A stretch of 55,510 nucleotides of DNA from Gemmobacter sp. (GCA_031260425.1 JAIRJX010000327.1:1-55510), one strand, 5' to 3'; positions 11,680-22,068 are shown, counted from the first letter of the stretch. Numbers and translations are program-made. Notes: generated from the sequence alone by a model not told the origin.

Positions 11680-12135
11680 TATGCCTGATCAAAGCCTTGT
11701 AGCGACCGATGATCTTTGTGGCGTCGCCCAGCTTGAGTTCCGCGCCCTCCGTGAGGCGCAGCTGATCATCAGTTGAGAACCGAGCCTGGTCGGTGAGACT
11801 ATCTGCTCGACGGTCCAGCCAAAGCGCCGCGTCATCTGCGGAGCATGGGACGGCAGACGCCTTTTTGATCGCATCGCTGAATACGTGGGGCGTCGCGGTC
11901 ATGTAGAGACGTTGCGCACCCGCGCTAAATGCCTGATCGCGAGTTGCTTTCACCTTCGCCTTCGCCTTCGCGTGTCCCCCCAAGTTGTGCGGTGGGCTTC
12001 GTCGCAGAAGATCGGGTCGAAGTCGGGCAGGTCGTGCCGGTGCTGTGCGTCCAGGATGAGCCGTATGGATCGGTAGATGGTAAATACAACGTCATGCGGC
12101 CTTTTTGCCCAAGCTATTCATCAGGCGTGCAGTCT
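11680..12135 (-). pseudogene. Degraded fragment of a type ISP (LlaGI/LlaBIII-like) restriction-modification SF2 helicase
   Basis: Collinear motifs spread over different frames: VVFTIYRSI...LPDFDPIFCDEAHRTT (motif II), RLYMTATP (motif III), FGWTVEQ, DATKIIGRYKAL; frameshifts and deletions present. Confidence 0.8.
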
Positions 12136-12203
12136 CGTTGTCATTCCGGGCCCTGTTCGAGGACCCGCGCCTTGTTCTGGCCGTCCGGACCGCTGATACC
12201 GGC

Positions 12204-12932
12204 CTACCGCCCCGCCTCTGCGGCCAGCCGGTCGGAGGTGGCCTCGATCTCTTCCGCCAGTCGTGCGGTGAAAGCGTCGTTCGAAAGGCCCGGTGCGATG
12301 GCGGGCAGGAACTCCACCACGGCGAGGCCCGGCTTGCGCAGGATGCCGCGTTTCGGCCAGAACAGGCCGACATTGGTGGCAACCGGCACGCAATCCTGGC
12401 CGAGCTGGTCGTAGAGCAGCGCCGCGCCCACCTTGTAGGGCGCCTTCACCCCCGGTGCGACCCGGGTGCCCTGCGGATAGATGATGAGCTGGCCGGGCAG
12501 GCTCGCTCCTGACTTCACATCGGCCATCATGCGGGTGATCGCCGCGCCGCGTTTGCCGCGATCCACCGGCACACAGCCGATGCGCAGCGCATACCAGCCG
12601 AGGATCGGTGCCCAGATCAGTTCCTTCTTCATGATGAACTTGCCGCGCGGCACGGCGCCGAAGATCAGGATGATGTCGAGGAAGCTCTGGTGCTTGGCGG
12701 CGATCAGCACCTCGTCCCGCGGCACCTGACCGCGCACCTCGGTTCTCAGGCCGGTGAGCAAGGCCAGCGACAGCTGCACCCATGCGCAGAAGCTCCGGCA
12801 GGCGGAATGGGCATGGCGGCGGTCGATCAGCGCCGGGATCAGGAAGACGAGGCCGATCACCAGCATCGACAGATACATCTGCACGACGAAGATCAGCGAC
12901 AGCACCCATTGCAGCGGCAGAAAGCGGCGCAT
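12204..12932 (-). CDS. plsC: 1-acyl-sn-glycerol-3-phosphate acyltransferase
   Basis: KHQSFLD (HX4D), IYPQGTR, PVATNVG. Confidence 0.88.
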   Translation of the reverse strand: MRRFLPLQWVLSLIFVVQMYLSMLVIGLVFLIPALIDRRHAHSACRSFCAWVQLSLALLTGLRTEVRGQVPRDEVLIAAKHQSFLDIILIFGAVPRGKFIMKKELIWAPILGWYALRIGCVPVDRGKRGAAITRMMADVKSGASLPGQLIIYPQGTRVAPGVKAPYKVGAALLYDQLGQDCVPVATNVGLFWPKRGILRKPGLAVVEFLPAIAPGLSNDAFTARLAEEIEATSDRLAAEAGR

Positions 12933-13831
12933 CAGGTCAGTTCCCTCAGCTTCTTGAAGGCGGCGGTGCGGGTGGCGAGGAAGGCGACCGTCGCTGCCAG
13001 CGGCGGTAGCGCCAGCGGCCAGAGCCAGCCCCGGCCGGTAAAGCCGAGCCCGGTGAGAAAGCCTCCGGCGGCATCGGTCGAGGGCAGCAGCGCCACGCCG
13101 ATCATCCCGGCCAGGGCACCGGCGGCGGCGCCACTGAAAGCGCGCAGGGTGAAGCGGCGCACGAAGGCGCGGGCGATATAGGCGTCGCGCGCACCGACCA
13201 GCCGCAACACCCGGATGACCTGTGCATTGGCGGCCAGTGCCGCATTGGCGGCCAGCGTGATCATGGCGGTCATCGTGCCGCCGATCAGCAGGATCGAGGC
13301 GATACCCAGGAGCCGCAACCGCCCGGCGGCTATGGCGAGCGGGCGGCGCCAGCGGGTGTGATCATCGAGCACGGCACCCGGCGCCTCGGCGGCAAGCCGC
13401 TGGCGCAGCCCCTCGGCATCGTAGCCGTCGCCGGTTTCCCTGAGATCGATCAGCCGCGGGATAGGCAGCGCGTCTACCGGCAGGTCGGGGCCGAACCATG
13501 GCTCCAGCAGCACCCTCTGCTCCTGGTCGGAGAGCGCGCGCGCCTCGGCCACGCCCGGTGTGGTGGCAAGCAGGTCGAGCACGGCACGGGTCTGCATCTC
13601 CATCTGCTCGGCCGGGGCGGAGATACGGATGGTTGCGGTGCGGGCCAGCGCGTCGGACCAGCGATCCGCCATCCGGCCGGCGGCGAGTGACAGCGCCAGT
13701 GCGAAGACGGCAAGAAAGGTCATTGCGCCGGCGGTGAAGGTGGTCAGCCAGGCAGTATGACCGGAGGGCGGCACCACCCGGTCGGCATGGCGGTCGCCCT
13801 GCAGCAATGTGCGGATTGCGCCGGACATCAC
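12932..13831 (-). CDS. ftsX: Cell division permease FtsX
   Basis: Four-TM permease with LLEPWFG, LPIPRLI, LRLVGARDAYIA; overlaps ftsE. Confidence 0.9.
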   Translation of the reverse strand: MMSGAIRTLLQGDRHADRVVPPSGHTAWLTTFTAGAMTFLAVFALALSLAAGRMADRWSDALARTATIRISAPAEQMEMQTRAVLDLLATTPGVAEARALSDQEQRVLLEPWFGPDLPVDALPIPRLIDLRETGDGYDAEGLRQRLAAEAPGAVLDDHTRWRRPLAIAAGRLRLLGIASILLIGGTMTAMITLAANAALAANAQVIRVLRLVGARDAYIARAFVRRFTLRAFSGAAAGALAGMIGVALLPSTDAAGGFLTGLGFTGRGWLWPLALPPLAATVAFLATRTAAFKKLRELT

Positions 13832-14499
13832 AGATCCGCCCCCGCCAGTTGCAGTCGTCGGTTGCGGATGCGCAGCACCCGCGCCGCCACCTGCGATTTC
13901 GCTTGCCGGATCAGGTTCAGATCATGGGTGGCGACCACGATGGTCTTGCCCATCCGGTTCAGTTCCACCAGCAGGGTCAGCAGGCGCAACGACATCTCCC
14001 AGTCAAGGTTGCCGGTGGGTTCGTCCGCCAGGATGATCTCGGGGCCCACGATCACCGCGCGGGCGAGCGCCGCGCGTTGCCGTTCGCCGCCCGAGAGCGA
14101 GGGCGGCAGTGCGTCGGCCAGATGGCGCAGGCCGACCCAGGCCAGCAGATCGCTCAAATCTTCGCCTGCGACCTCGCGCTGCGAGACGGTGAGCGGCAGG
14201 GTGACATTGGCGGCCAGTGGCAGATGGTCGAGAAACTGGCAATCTTGATGCACCACCCCGATGCGGCGGCGCATCTGCGCCACTTCGTCACGGTCGAGGC
14301 TACGGACCTCACGGTCGAACAGGGTGACGTGGCCGGTGGTCGGCAGCAGCTCGGCATAGCAGAGCTTCAGGAAGGTCGACTTTCCGGCACCCGACGGGCC
14401 GGTGAGGAAATGAAACGATCCCGGAGCCAGGCGCAGGCTCATATCCGAGAGCAATTCGCCCCCGCCATAACTATAGGCTACATTCTCGAACGAAATCAC
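13828..14499 (-). CDS. ftsE: Cell division ATP-binding protein FtsE
   Basis: GPSGAGKS, RRRIGVVHQD, LSGGERQR, ADEPTGNLD; GTG start at 14499. Confidence 0.92.
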   Translation of the reverse strand: MISFENVAYSYGGGELLSDMSLRLAPGSFHFLTGPSGAGKSTFLKLCYAELLPTTGHVTLFDREVRSLDRDEVAQMRRRIGVVHQDCQFLDHLPLAANVTLPLTVSQREVAGEDLSDLLAWVGLRHLADALPPSLSGGERQRAALARAVIVGPEIILADEPTGNLDWEMSLRLLTLLVELNRMGKTIVVATHDLNLIRQAKSQVAARVLRIRNRRLQLAGADL

Positions 14500-14673
14500 C
14501 CTGCGCCCCTTGCCCGCCCGTTCTGCACAATCGCCCAGCCGCGCGGTGGATTCAACTGGCCGAAAAGATGTAAAGGGAAAATCCGGCAGCCCGGACTTGG
14601 AGAAGCGACATATCGTTGCTAAAAAAGGCTGTCGGGCCGGTGTGGGGAAGGCCGGAGTGGGGATGGTGCACGG

Positions 14674-15441
14674 ATGCGGTTGATCTGCGCGAATTGCGAT
14701 GCGCAATATGAGGTGGCCGAGGATGCGATCCCCCCCGAGGGGCGGGATGTCCAGTGCTCAAGCTGCGGTTACGCCTGGTTCCAGCCCTCGCCGCACGTCC
14801 TTGCCGCCGAGGCGGAGGAGGAGGAGCTGTTCGAGCCGCCGCTGGAAACGCAGCGGGCGCCCGGGGCTGAACCGCCGGAGCCGGAGAAACCCGTGGGAGA
14901 AGAGGCCCCTCTCGGCTCGTCGCTGCGTGGTCTTGATGAAAGCCTGCTCGCAGTGCTGCGCGAGGAGGCCGAGCGCGAGACGCAAGCGCGCGCCCGGGAA
15001 GAAGCCGTGCCGCTGGAAACCCAGGGGGATCTCGGGTTGGACGGTGCCGCTCCCTCGGCGATCAGCCGGGCGGCGCGGCGCGGCGCCGAATCGGCGGGGA
15101 TCGCCACCGGGCTGCGGGAGCCTCCGCGCGCGGCCCGGGGCCGCGATCTGCTGCCCGATATCGAGGAGATCAACTCGACCCTGCGGCCCGGCGGCGTATT
15201 CGTCGGGGCCAGGACGATGGCGCCGGCCGACGGACGGTCTGGCCCCGGGTTCCGCCGCGGCTTCATGTTGGCGCTGCTGATCGGGGCGGTGCTGGTGTTG
15301 GCCTATCTGGTGGCCCTTCGGCTCACTGTTCAGGTGCCGCAACTGGTTCCGGTACTCGACGGTTATGTTGCTATGGTCGATGGGGCAAGGTTGTGGCTGG
15401 ACGGTCTGATCCGGCACGCGGTGAACGCGGTTCTGGGCTGA
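14674..15441 (+). CDS. MJ0042-family zinc-ribbon membrane protein (ZitP-like)
   Basis: C5-C8-C28-C31-W35 zinc finger, acidic/Pro linker, LLPDIEEINSTLR, C-terminal TM helix; divergent from ftsE. Confidence 0.85.
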   Translation: MRLICANCDAQYEVAEDAIPPEGRDVQCSSCGYAWFQPSPHVLAAEAEEEELFEPPLETQRAPGAEPPEPEKPVGEEAPLGSSLRGLDESLLAVLREEAERETQARAREEAVPLETQGDLGLDGAAPSAISRAARRGAESAGIATGLREPPRAARGRDLLPDIEEINSTLRPGGVFVGARTMAPADGRSGPGFRRGFMLALLIGAVLVLAYLVALRLTVQVPQLVPVLDGYVAMVDGARLWLDGLIRHAVNAVLG

Positions 15442-15751
15442 AGCCCGGGACAGGGCGGCGGTGGTTCCGGGTGCCCCTCCGGTGTTGCCTTGCGCACCTG
15501 AAGGGCCGTGCCTGGCTGCCGGTGGGCGGTTTCGATGCAGATCCATCACTGGCTTGCATCCCCTGCTGCGAAACGGCGGAATTTGGGGGGCCGATCCGCA
15601 GCCTCTCCTTTTCCGTCAGAGCGCGCCGATGGCACCTGGCCTTGCGGGCGACCCCGGCTGTCCTGCCACTGCATTGCAGCGGCCATGGATCAGGCACGAA
15701 GCACAGGCAACATTCCGCGAGAACACATGCGTGCCCGCTCCGCGACGGTCT

Positions 15752-17230
15752 CTAAAGAAAAGCGGTCTCCTCGAAACTGCGCAGTTTGCGGGAATGGATC
15801 CGTTCCAGCGGCATGTCGCGGATCGATTCCATGGCGCGGATGCCGATCATCAGGTGGCGCGCTACCTGGCTGCGGTAGAAGTCGCTTGCCATGCCGGGCA
15901 GTTTCAACTCGCCGTGCAGCGGCTTGTCGGACACGCAGAGCAATGTTCCGTAGGGCACCCGGAAGCGGAAGCCGTTCGCCGCGATGGTGGCGCTTTCCAT
16001 GTCAAGCGCGATGGCGCGCGATTGGGAAAGCCTCTGCACCGGGCCGGATTGGTCACGCAACTCCCAGTTCCGGTTGTCGATGGTGGCGACGGTGCCGGTG
16101 CGCATGATACGCTTCAACTCGTAGCCTTCGAGTTGGGTTACCTCTTCCACCGCGTCCTCGAGCGCGATCTGGATCTCGGCCAGCGCCGGGATAGGCACCC
16201 AGACCGGCAGGTCATCATCCAGCACATGGTCTTCACGCAGATAGGCATGGGCGAGGCAGAAATCGCCCAAAGACTGCGAATTGCGCAGCCCCGCGCAATG
16301 GCCGACCATCAGCCAGGCATGGGGGCGCAGCACCGCGATATGATCGGTCGCGGTCTTGGCGTTCGATGGGCCGACGCCGATATTGACCAACGTGATACCT
16401 TGTCCGTCAGGGCGTTTCAGGTGGTAGGCCGGCATCTGCGGCATCTTGGTCAGGTGCTGCAATACCCCGTCTGCCGTGGTGATCTGCTGGTTCCCCGGCA
16501 CGACGAAGGTGCTGTAGCCCGAGGCAGGATCGGCAAGCGCCCTACGCGCGACTGCCTCGAATTCATCCACATAGAACTGGTAGTTGGTGAACAGGACATG
16601 ATTCTGGAAATGCGGCGGTTCGGTCGCGGTGTAATGTGCGAGCCGCGCCAGCGAGTAATCCACCCGTTGCGCGGTGAATGGCGCCAGCGGGCGCGAGCCG
16701 TCGGGATATTCTACCAGCAGGCCGTTCACGATGTCGTCATTGGTGGTCGACAGATCCGGCACGTCGAACACGTCGCGCAGCGGAAAATCCAGCGCCCCCT
16801 CCTGCGGCACCAGGATGCCAGGGCGGTTGGCGACGGCGAAATGGATCGGGATCGGTGTGGTGGAAAGCCCGATCCGCACCGGCGCGCCATGGTTCTGGAG
16901 CAGCAGGCCGATTTGCTGGGTCAGGTAGTTGCGGAACAGGTCGGGCCGGGTCACCGTCGCTACATAAGTGCCGGGCTGGGCGACATGGCCGAAGGAGAGC
17001 CGCGAATCCGCCTTGGCGAAGCTGGTGGTGGTCAACCGGATCTCGGGGTAGAAGGCGCGGATACGGGTGATCGGCCGCTGCCCCTCCATGACCGCGTTGA
17101 ACTGCTTTACGAGAAAGCCGATGGCATTCTCGTAAAGCAGTTCCAGCCGCGCCACGGCTGCGGCGGCATCGTCGAACGCCTCATGTACGGTGTCGGGCGG
17201 CGCGAGATAGGTCGGCGGAGGCTGCGTCAT
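15752..17230 (-). CDS. amn: AMP nucleosidase
   Basis: DYSLARLAHYT, LFTNYQFY, NIGVGPSNAKT, GHCAGL, DMESATIA, VSDKPLHGE. Confidence 0.95.
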   Translation of the reverse strand: MTQPPPTYLAPPDTVHEAFDDAAAAVARLELLYENAIGFLVKQFNAVMEGQRPITRIRAFYPEIRLTTTSFAKADSRLSFGHVAQPGTYVATVTRPDLFRNYLTQQIGLLLQNHGAPVRIGLSTTPIPIHFAVANRPGILVPQEGALDFPLRDVFDVPDLSTTNDDIVNGLLVEYPDGSRPLAPFTAQRVDYSLARLAHYTATEPPHFQNHVLFTNYQFYVDEFEAVARRALADPASGYSTFVVPGNQQITTADGVLQHLTKMPQMPAYHLKRPDGQGITLVNIGVGPSNAKTATDHIAVLRPHAWLMVGHCAGLRNSQSLGDFCLAHAYLREDHVLDDDLPVWVPIPALAEIQIALEDAVEEVTQLEGYELKRIMRTGTVATIDNRNWELRDQSGPVQRLSQSRAIALDMESATIAANGFRFRVPYGTLLCVSDKPLHGELKLPGMASDFYRSQVARHLMIGIRAMESIRDMPLERIHSRKLRSFEETAFL

Positions 17231-17369
17231 GGGTATCCCGTTCCTGCTGATCGCCCTTTCTGCACCCGGGCCTCGTGCCGGATCAAGCCCGGTCTCGGCA
17301 TCAGGCATATGACACGGGCTTGTATCGGCCGGGGCGGATGCGAAAATGGGGGATAGGGGAGGCGTGCGC

Positions 17370-18254
17370 ATGGGTGGACAGGTATTGGTGACACTGGGCC
17401 ATGGCTATTCAGCGGCGGCGTTGGCGCGGCGGCTCCTGCCGCAGGGCTGGCGGGTGATCGGTGCCACGCGCGATACGGCGAAGGCCGCTCATCTTGCGGC
17501 TGAGGGGGTGGAGCCGCTGCTCTGGCCCGGCGATCTGGCGGCCAAGCTCGCGGAGGCGAGCCATGTATTGCTGTCGATGGCTCCCGATGCGGCGGGCGAT
17601 CCGGTGCTTGCCGCGCATCGGGCGCTGTTCGACCGGCCTTTGCCGGGGTTGCGCTGGCTTGGCTACCTTTCCACCACCGGGGTCTATGGTGATCATGGCG
17701 GCGGCTGGGTGGACGAGGATACGCCGCTCACCCCCGGCACGGAGCGTGGCTGGCGGCGCGTTGCTGCCGAAGCCGACTGGCAGGTGCTTGCCGCCCGGCA
17801 TGGCCATCCGCTGCACATCTTCCGGCTGGCCGGGATCTACGGCCCCGGGCGCGGCCCGTTCCGTAAGGTGCAGGAGGGCACGGCGCGGCGCGTCGTGAAG
17901 CCCGGCCTCTATTTTTCGCGGATTCACGTTGATGACATAGGGCTTGTGCTGGAGGCTTCGATCCGCCGTCCCGCCCCCGGCGCGGTCTACAATGTCTGCG
18001 ACGACGCGCCGTCGCCGCCGCAGGAGGTGCTGTGCCGCGTGGCGGAGTTGCTGGGCCTGCCCCTTCCGCCCGAAGTGCCGATCAGCGACGCCGCGATGAC
18101 GCCTCTTGCCCGCAGCTTTCATGAGGAGAGCAAGCGGGTGAGGAACGACCGGATGAAGGCGGAACTGGGGGTGCGGCTGGCCTATCCGACCTATCGCGAG
18201 GGGCTGGCCGCGTTGATGGCTGAGGTCAGGCCGACCACACCGGAAACGCCATGA
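17370..18254 (+). CDS. Atypical SDR / NAD-dependent epimerase family protein
   Basis: LGHGYSA, YLSTTGVYGD, RLAGIYGPGR, SRIHVDDI, YPTYREGL. Confidence 0.88.
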   Translation: MGGQVLVTLGHGYSAAALARRLLPQGWRVIGATRDTAKAAHLAAEGVEPLLWPGDLAAKLAEASHVLLSMAPDAAGDPVLAAHRALFDRPLPGLRWLGYLSTTGVYGDHGGGWVDEDTPLTPGTERGWRRVAAEADWQVLAARHGHPLHIFRLAGIYGPGRGPFRKVQEGTARRVVKPGLYFSRIHVDDIGLVLEASIRRPAPGAVYNVCDDAPSPPQEVLCRVAELLGLPLPPEVPISDAAMTPLARSFHEESKRVRNDRMKAELGVRLAYPTYREGLAALMAEVRPTTPETP

Positions 18255-18709
18255 GCCGCGTCAGCTCCGATGCGCAACGCGACGTCGGGACCTCGGTCTC
18301 CCGGTTCGTTGCGGCGAAGCGGGCAGTGATCAGTGCGCCATGTGCCCGGGGCCCGCTCTTGCCGAGGGGCCAGGTTGGCGGACCGCCGGCACAGTCGGAG
18401 GATACAGAGGAGCCCGGGCGCGAATGCCGGTCTGTCCCGGTGGAAAGAACCGCCGGGGCGGGATTCTGCCAAAGGACGGCGAACAGCCACTACGAGATGT
18501 CGTTTTTTTTCCGGTTTCCGGTAGCGAATAGCCGGAGGATGCCTTCGAACCCGTCGGAAGCGACGTCGGGCTGCGGATTCGCGACCCGCTCGTGTATGAT
18601 GGGCAAGACTTTGCCCGGCAGCGCCTCCGCAGAAGGGGCGCGCTGCCATGCAATGCCGATGACGGGCGGCCAGTGATACCGGGCCAACAACACAGGGGAG
18701 TGGACCACC

Positions 18710-19711
18710 ATGAAACGACTGATCGCAACATTGACGCTGGGCACCGCCATGGCCGGTCTCGCCGGCGCCGCTTCGGCGGAGGGCTGCGGCAGCCTGACCA
18801 TCGCCAGCATGACCTGGCAGAGCGCCGAGCTTGCCGCCGCGCTGGACGCCTTCATCCTGAACAACGGCTATGGCTGCTCGGCCGAGGTCATTCAGGGCGA
18901 CACCGTGTCCACTATCACCTCCATGGTCGAGAAGGGTCAGCCGGAGATCGCGCCGGAAGGCTGGGTTGATCTGGTGCCGGAAGTCATCCAGTCGGGGCTT
19001 TCCGAGGGCAGGATTGTGGTGACCTCCGACATCCTGTCGGATGGCGCCGTGCAGGGGTGGTGGATCCCCAAATACATCGTGGATGCCAATCCCGACATCA
19101 AGACCATCGACGACATGCTGAAGCACCCCGAACTGTTCCCCGATCCGGAGGATGCCTCGAAAGGGGCGGTGTTCAATGGTCCGCAGGGCTGGGGCGGCAC
19201 CGTGGTGACTACACAGCTTTTCAAGGCCTTCGGCGCCGAGGCGGCGGGCTTTACCTTGGTCGATACCGGTTCGGCCGCCGGCCTCGACGGCTCGATCGCC
19301 CGCGCCTATGAGCGCAACGAGGGCTGGGTCGGCTACTACTGGGCGCCAACGGCGCTTCTGGGCAAATACGAGATGGTGAAGCTCGACCACGGTGTTCCGC
19401 TGGACATGGACGAGTGGAAGGCCTGCACCTCCAACGCCGACTGTGCCGAGCCGAAGAAGAACGACTGGCCGAAGGACAGGGTGCAGACCGTGGTCGCCAA
19501 GGGCTTTGCCGACGCTGCGCCGGCCGAGGTGATGGACTATCTCACCAAGCGCTCCTGGAGCAACGCCACAGTCAACGGCGTCATGGCCTGGATGACCGAC
19601 AACCAGGCCACTGGCGAGGATGGCGCGCGGCACTTCCTGCAGGAGAATGAGGATCTGTGGATGGGCTGGGTGACCCCCGAGGCCGCCGAGAAGATCAAGG
19701 CCGCGCTCTGA
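18710..19711 (+). CDS. Glycine betaine/proline/histidine-type ABC transporter substrate-binding protein (ProX/HisX family)
   Basis: Signal peptide; MTWQSA, GWWIPKY, GPQGWG, YYWAPT. Confidence 0.9.
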   Translation: MKRLIATLTLGTAMAGLAGAASAEGCGSLTIASMTWQSAELAAALDAFILNNGYGCSAEVIQGDTVSTITSMVEKGQPEIAPEGWVDLVPEVIQSGLSEGRIVVTSDILSDGAVQGWWIPKYIVDANPDIKTIDDMLKHPELFPDPEDASKGAVFNGPQGWGGTVVTTQLFKAFGAEAAGFTLVDTGSAAGLDGSIARAYERNEGWVGYYWAPTALLGKYEMVKLDHGVPLDMDEWKACTSNADCAEPKKNDWPKDRVQTVVAKGFADAAPAEVMDYLTKRSWSNATVNGVMAWMTDNQATGEDGARHFLQENEDLWMGWVTPEAAEKIKAAL

Positions 19712-19802
19712 TCCGCACCTGAATTTGCCGGGCGGCGCGCCATGCCCCGCGTGCCGTCCGCAGCTTGTTGCACCTGCCTCCCTCCCTCACAGAAAGCTGC
19801 GC

Positions 19803-20690
19803 ATGGACTGGCTGACCAAGTTCCCCCAGATGGATGGCGCATTGCTGCGCGAGTTGAACAAGAGCATCGACGGCGCCTTTCGCGGTTTCACCCGTGCCTG
19901 GGGCGACACGATCGAGGCGTTCTTCGAGCCGCTGCGGCTTTTTCTCGTGCATTCCGAACAATTCATGACCCGCACGCCATGGATCGTGATCTTCCTCCTG
20001 ATCGTGGCGATCTCCTGGTTCTGCACCCGGAACTGGAGGATCACGCTGGGGGGCGCCGTCATCCTGCTGCTGATCGGCTATTTCGGCATGTGGGAGGACA
20101 CGATGAAGACCATTTCGATGATCTTCGTCTGCACGGTGATCTCGCTCGTGGTGGGCATTCCGCTCGGCATTGCCATGGCGCGCTGGAACCGGATGCAGGC
20201 CATCGTGAATCCGATCCTCGACGTGATGCAGACCCTGCCGAGCTTCGTCTACCTGATCCCGGTTGTCATGCTTTTGGGGATAGGCAAGGTGCCGGGGCTG
20301 ATCGCGGTGGTGATCTACGCCATGCCGCCGATCATCCGGTTGACCAATCTCGGTATCCGCCTGGTGGACAGGGACATGCTGGAGGCGGCCGACGCTTTCG
20401 GCTCGTCGAGCTGGCAGAAGCTGAAGAACGTGCAGCTTCCGCTTGCCCTGCCTACCATCATGGCGGGGATCAACCAGACCATCATGATGGCGCTGGCAAT
20501 GGTGGTGATCGCCTCGATGATCGGAGTGCAGGGGCTGGGCCAGCCGGTGCTGCGCGCGATCTCCAACCAGTATTTCTCGCTGGGCATGTTCAACGGCTTC
20601 GCCATCGTTGGCATCGCCATCATCTTCGACCGCGTGAGCCAGGCTTTCGGCAAGCGTCTGCAAAAGCACAGCGAGGTGGTCCATGGCTGA
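19803..20690 (+). CDS. ABC transporter permease (ProW-like)
   Basis: PILDVMQTLPSFVYLIP, EAADAFG, AGINQTIMMALAMVVIASMIG. Confidence 0.92.
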   Translation: MDWLTKFPQMDGALLRELNKSIDGAFRGFTRAWGDTIEAFFEPLRLFLVHSEQFMTRTPWIVIFLLIVAISWFCTRNWRITLGGAVILLLIGYFGMWEDTMKTISMIFVCTVISLVVGIPLGIAMARWNRMQAIVNPILDVMQTLPSFVYLIPVVMLLGIGKVPGLIAVVIYAMPPIIRLTNLGIRLVDRDMLEAADAFGSSSWQKLKNVQLPLALPTIMAGINQTIMMALAMVVIASMIGVQGLGQPVLRAISNQYFSLGMFNGFAIVGIAIIFDRVSQAFGKRLQKHSEVVHG

Positions 20691-21717
20691 GCCGATCGGA
20701 ATCGAGATCCGCAGTCTTTACAAGATCTTCGGCCCCGAGGCCGCGGTCTTGATGCCGAAGGTCCGCGATGGCATGACCAAGGCGGAACTGAACGAACGGC
20801 ATGGCCATGTTCTCGGGTTGAACAATATCAACCTGACGATGCCAGCCGGGCGGATCCAGGTGATCATGGGCCTCTCCGGCTCCGGCAAGTCCACGCTGAT
20901 CCGCCATGTGAACCGGCTGATCGACCCCACGGCGGGCGAGGTTCTGGCCGGCGGCGCGGATGTGGTGAAAATGCCGCCCGAGGCGCTGCGCGAGTTTCGC
21001 CGCCACAAGACCGCGATGGTGTTCCAGAAATTCGCGCTGCTGCCCAATCGCACCGTGCTGGAGAATACGGCCTACGGGCTGGAGATTCAGGGTATCGACA
21101 GAGGCAGGCGCACGGATACCGCGATGCGCTGGATCGAGCGGGTGGGGCTGAAGGGGTTCGAGAAGAAATACCCCAACCAGCTTTCGGGCGGGATGCAACA
21201 GCGGGTGGGTCTCGCGCGGGCGCTGTCGAACGACGCGCCGATCCTTTTGATGGACGAAGCCTATTCGGCACTCGACCCGCTGATCCGGGTGGATATGCAG
21301 ACCGTGCTGCTCGATCTTCAGAAGGAGATCCGCAAGACCGTGGTCTTCATCACCCACGATCTCGACGAGGCGCTGCGGCTGGGCGACGCCATTGCCATCC
21401 TGCGCGACGGCGAGATCATCCAGCAAGGCAGCAGCCAGGACATCGTGCTGCGCCCGGCCGACGCCTATATCGAAAGCTTCGTGCGCGAGGTGAACCGGGG
21501 CCGGGTGATCCGCGCCGATGCCGCGATGGAGCCGGTTTCGGGCGAGGCGCCGGAGGTCTCGGTTACAGGCGACGCCTCGCTGGAAGACGTGGCGCGGCTG
21601 ATGGCTGATCGCCGGGTGACCAGGGTGACGGTGATCGACCCGGCCTCGGGCGGGCCGGTGGGAATGCTGGCGATGGAAAGCGTCATGGCCGCCATGACCA
21701 ATCGCGGTGGTTACTGA
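20683..21717 (+). CDS. ABC transporter ATP-binding protein (ProV-like, CBS tail)
   Basis: GLSGSGKS, LSGGMQQRVGLARA, MDEAYSALDPLIR. Confidence 0.92.
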   Translation: MAEPIGIEIRSLYKIFGPEAAVLMPKVRDGMTKAELNERHGHVLGLNNINLTMPAGRIQVIMGLSGSGKSTLIRHVNRLIDPTAGEVLAGGADVVKMPPEALREFRRHKTAMVFQKFALLPNRTVLENTAYGLEIQGIDRGRRTDTAMRWIERVGLKGFEKKYPNQLSGGMQQRVGLARALSNDAPILLMDEAYSALDPLIRVDMQTVLLDLQKEIRKTVVFITHDLDEALRLGDAIAILRDGEIIQQGSSQDIVLRPADAYIESFVREVNRGRVIRADAAMEPVSGEAPEVSVTGDASLEDVARLMADRRVTRVTVIDPASGGPVGMLAMESVMAAMTNRGGY

Positions 21718-21885
21718 TCTCCGGTGATGGGAGGGGGCAGGGCGGAGCCGCATCTTTCCGTTGACGGCCCGTTCCGCTGTCCTCTCGAAGCTGGTCCGGA
21801 GCGGGGCATGGTTCACCGGTCTTTGCACCGGCGACAGATACCTCTCCCGGATATATGGTAGCCCCGTGTGCGCCTTGTCCCCGCC

Positions 21886-22068
21886 CGGAACAAGGCACGA
21901 AATGCCGCCGGGCAGCGCCCGACCGCCCGCAGGCGGGCGCTTTGTCACCACCAGCGCGAGGATCGAACAGGGGCGGGATTACGCCATAAGCCATAAAGTG
22001 ACGACCCCAACCGTATCAGGCACCCACCCACCTGCGGGCGGTCGGGCGCCGCCCTTCGTTGCGAGGGG
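21886..22068 (+). repeat. Dispersed intergenic element family A, copy 2 (best preserved, 30-bp inverted arms)
   Basis: 21910-21939 and 22025-22054 are inverted repeats matching at 27/30 positions; homologous to 7979-8145. Confidence 0.88.

Noticed and set aside
18255-18709. Riboswitch upstream of the betaine ABC operon
   Set aside because: Small hairpins are present, but I recognise no aptamer consensus
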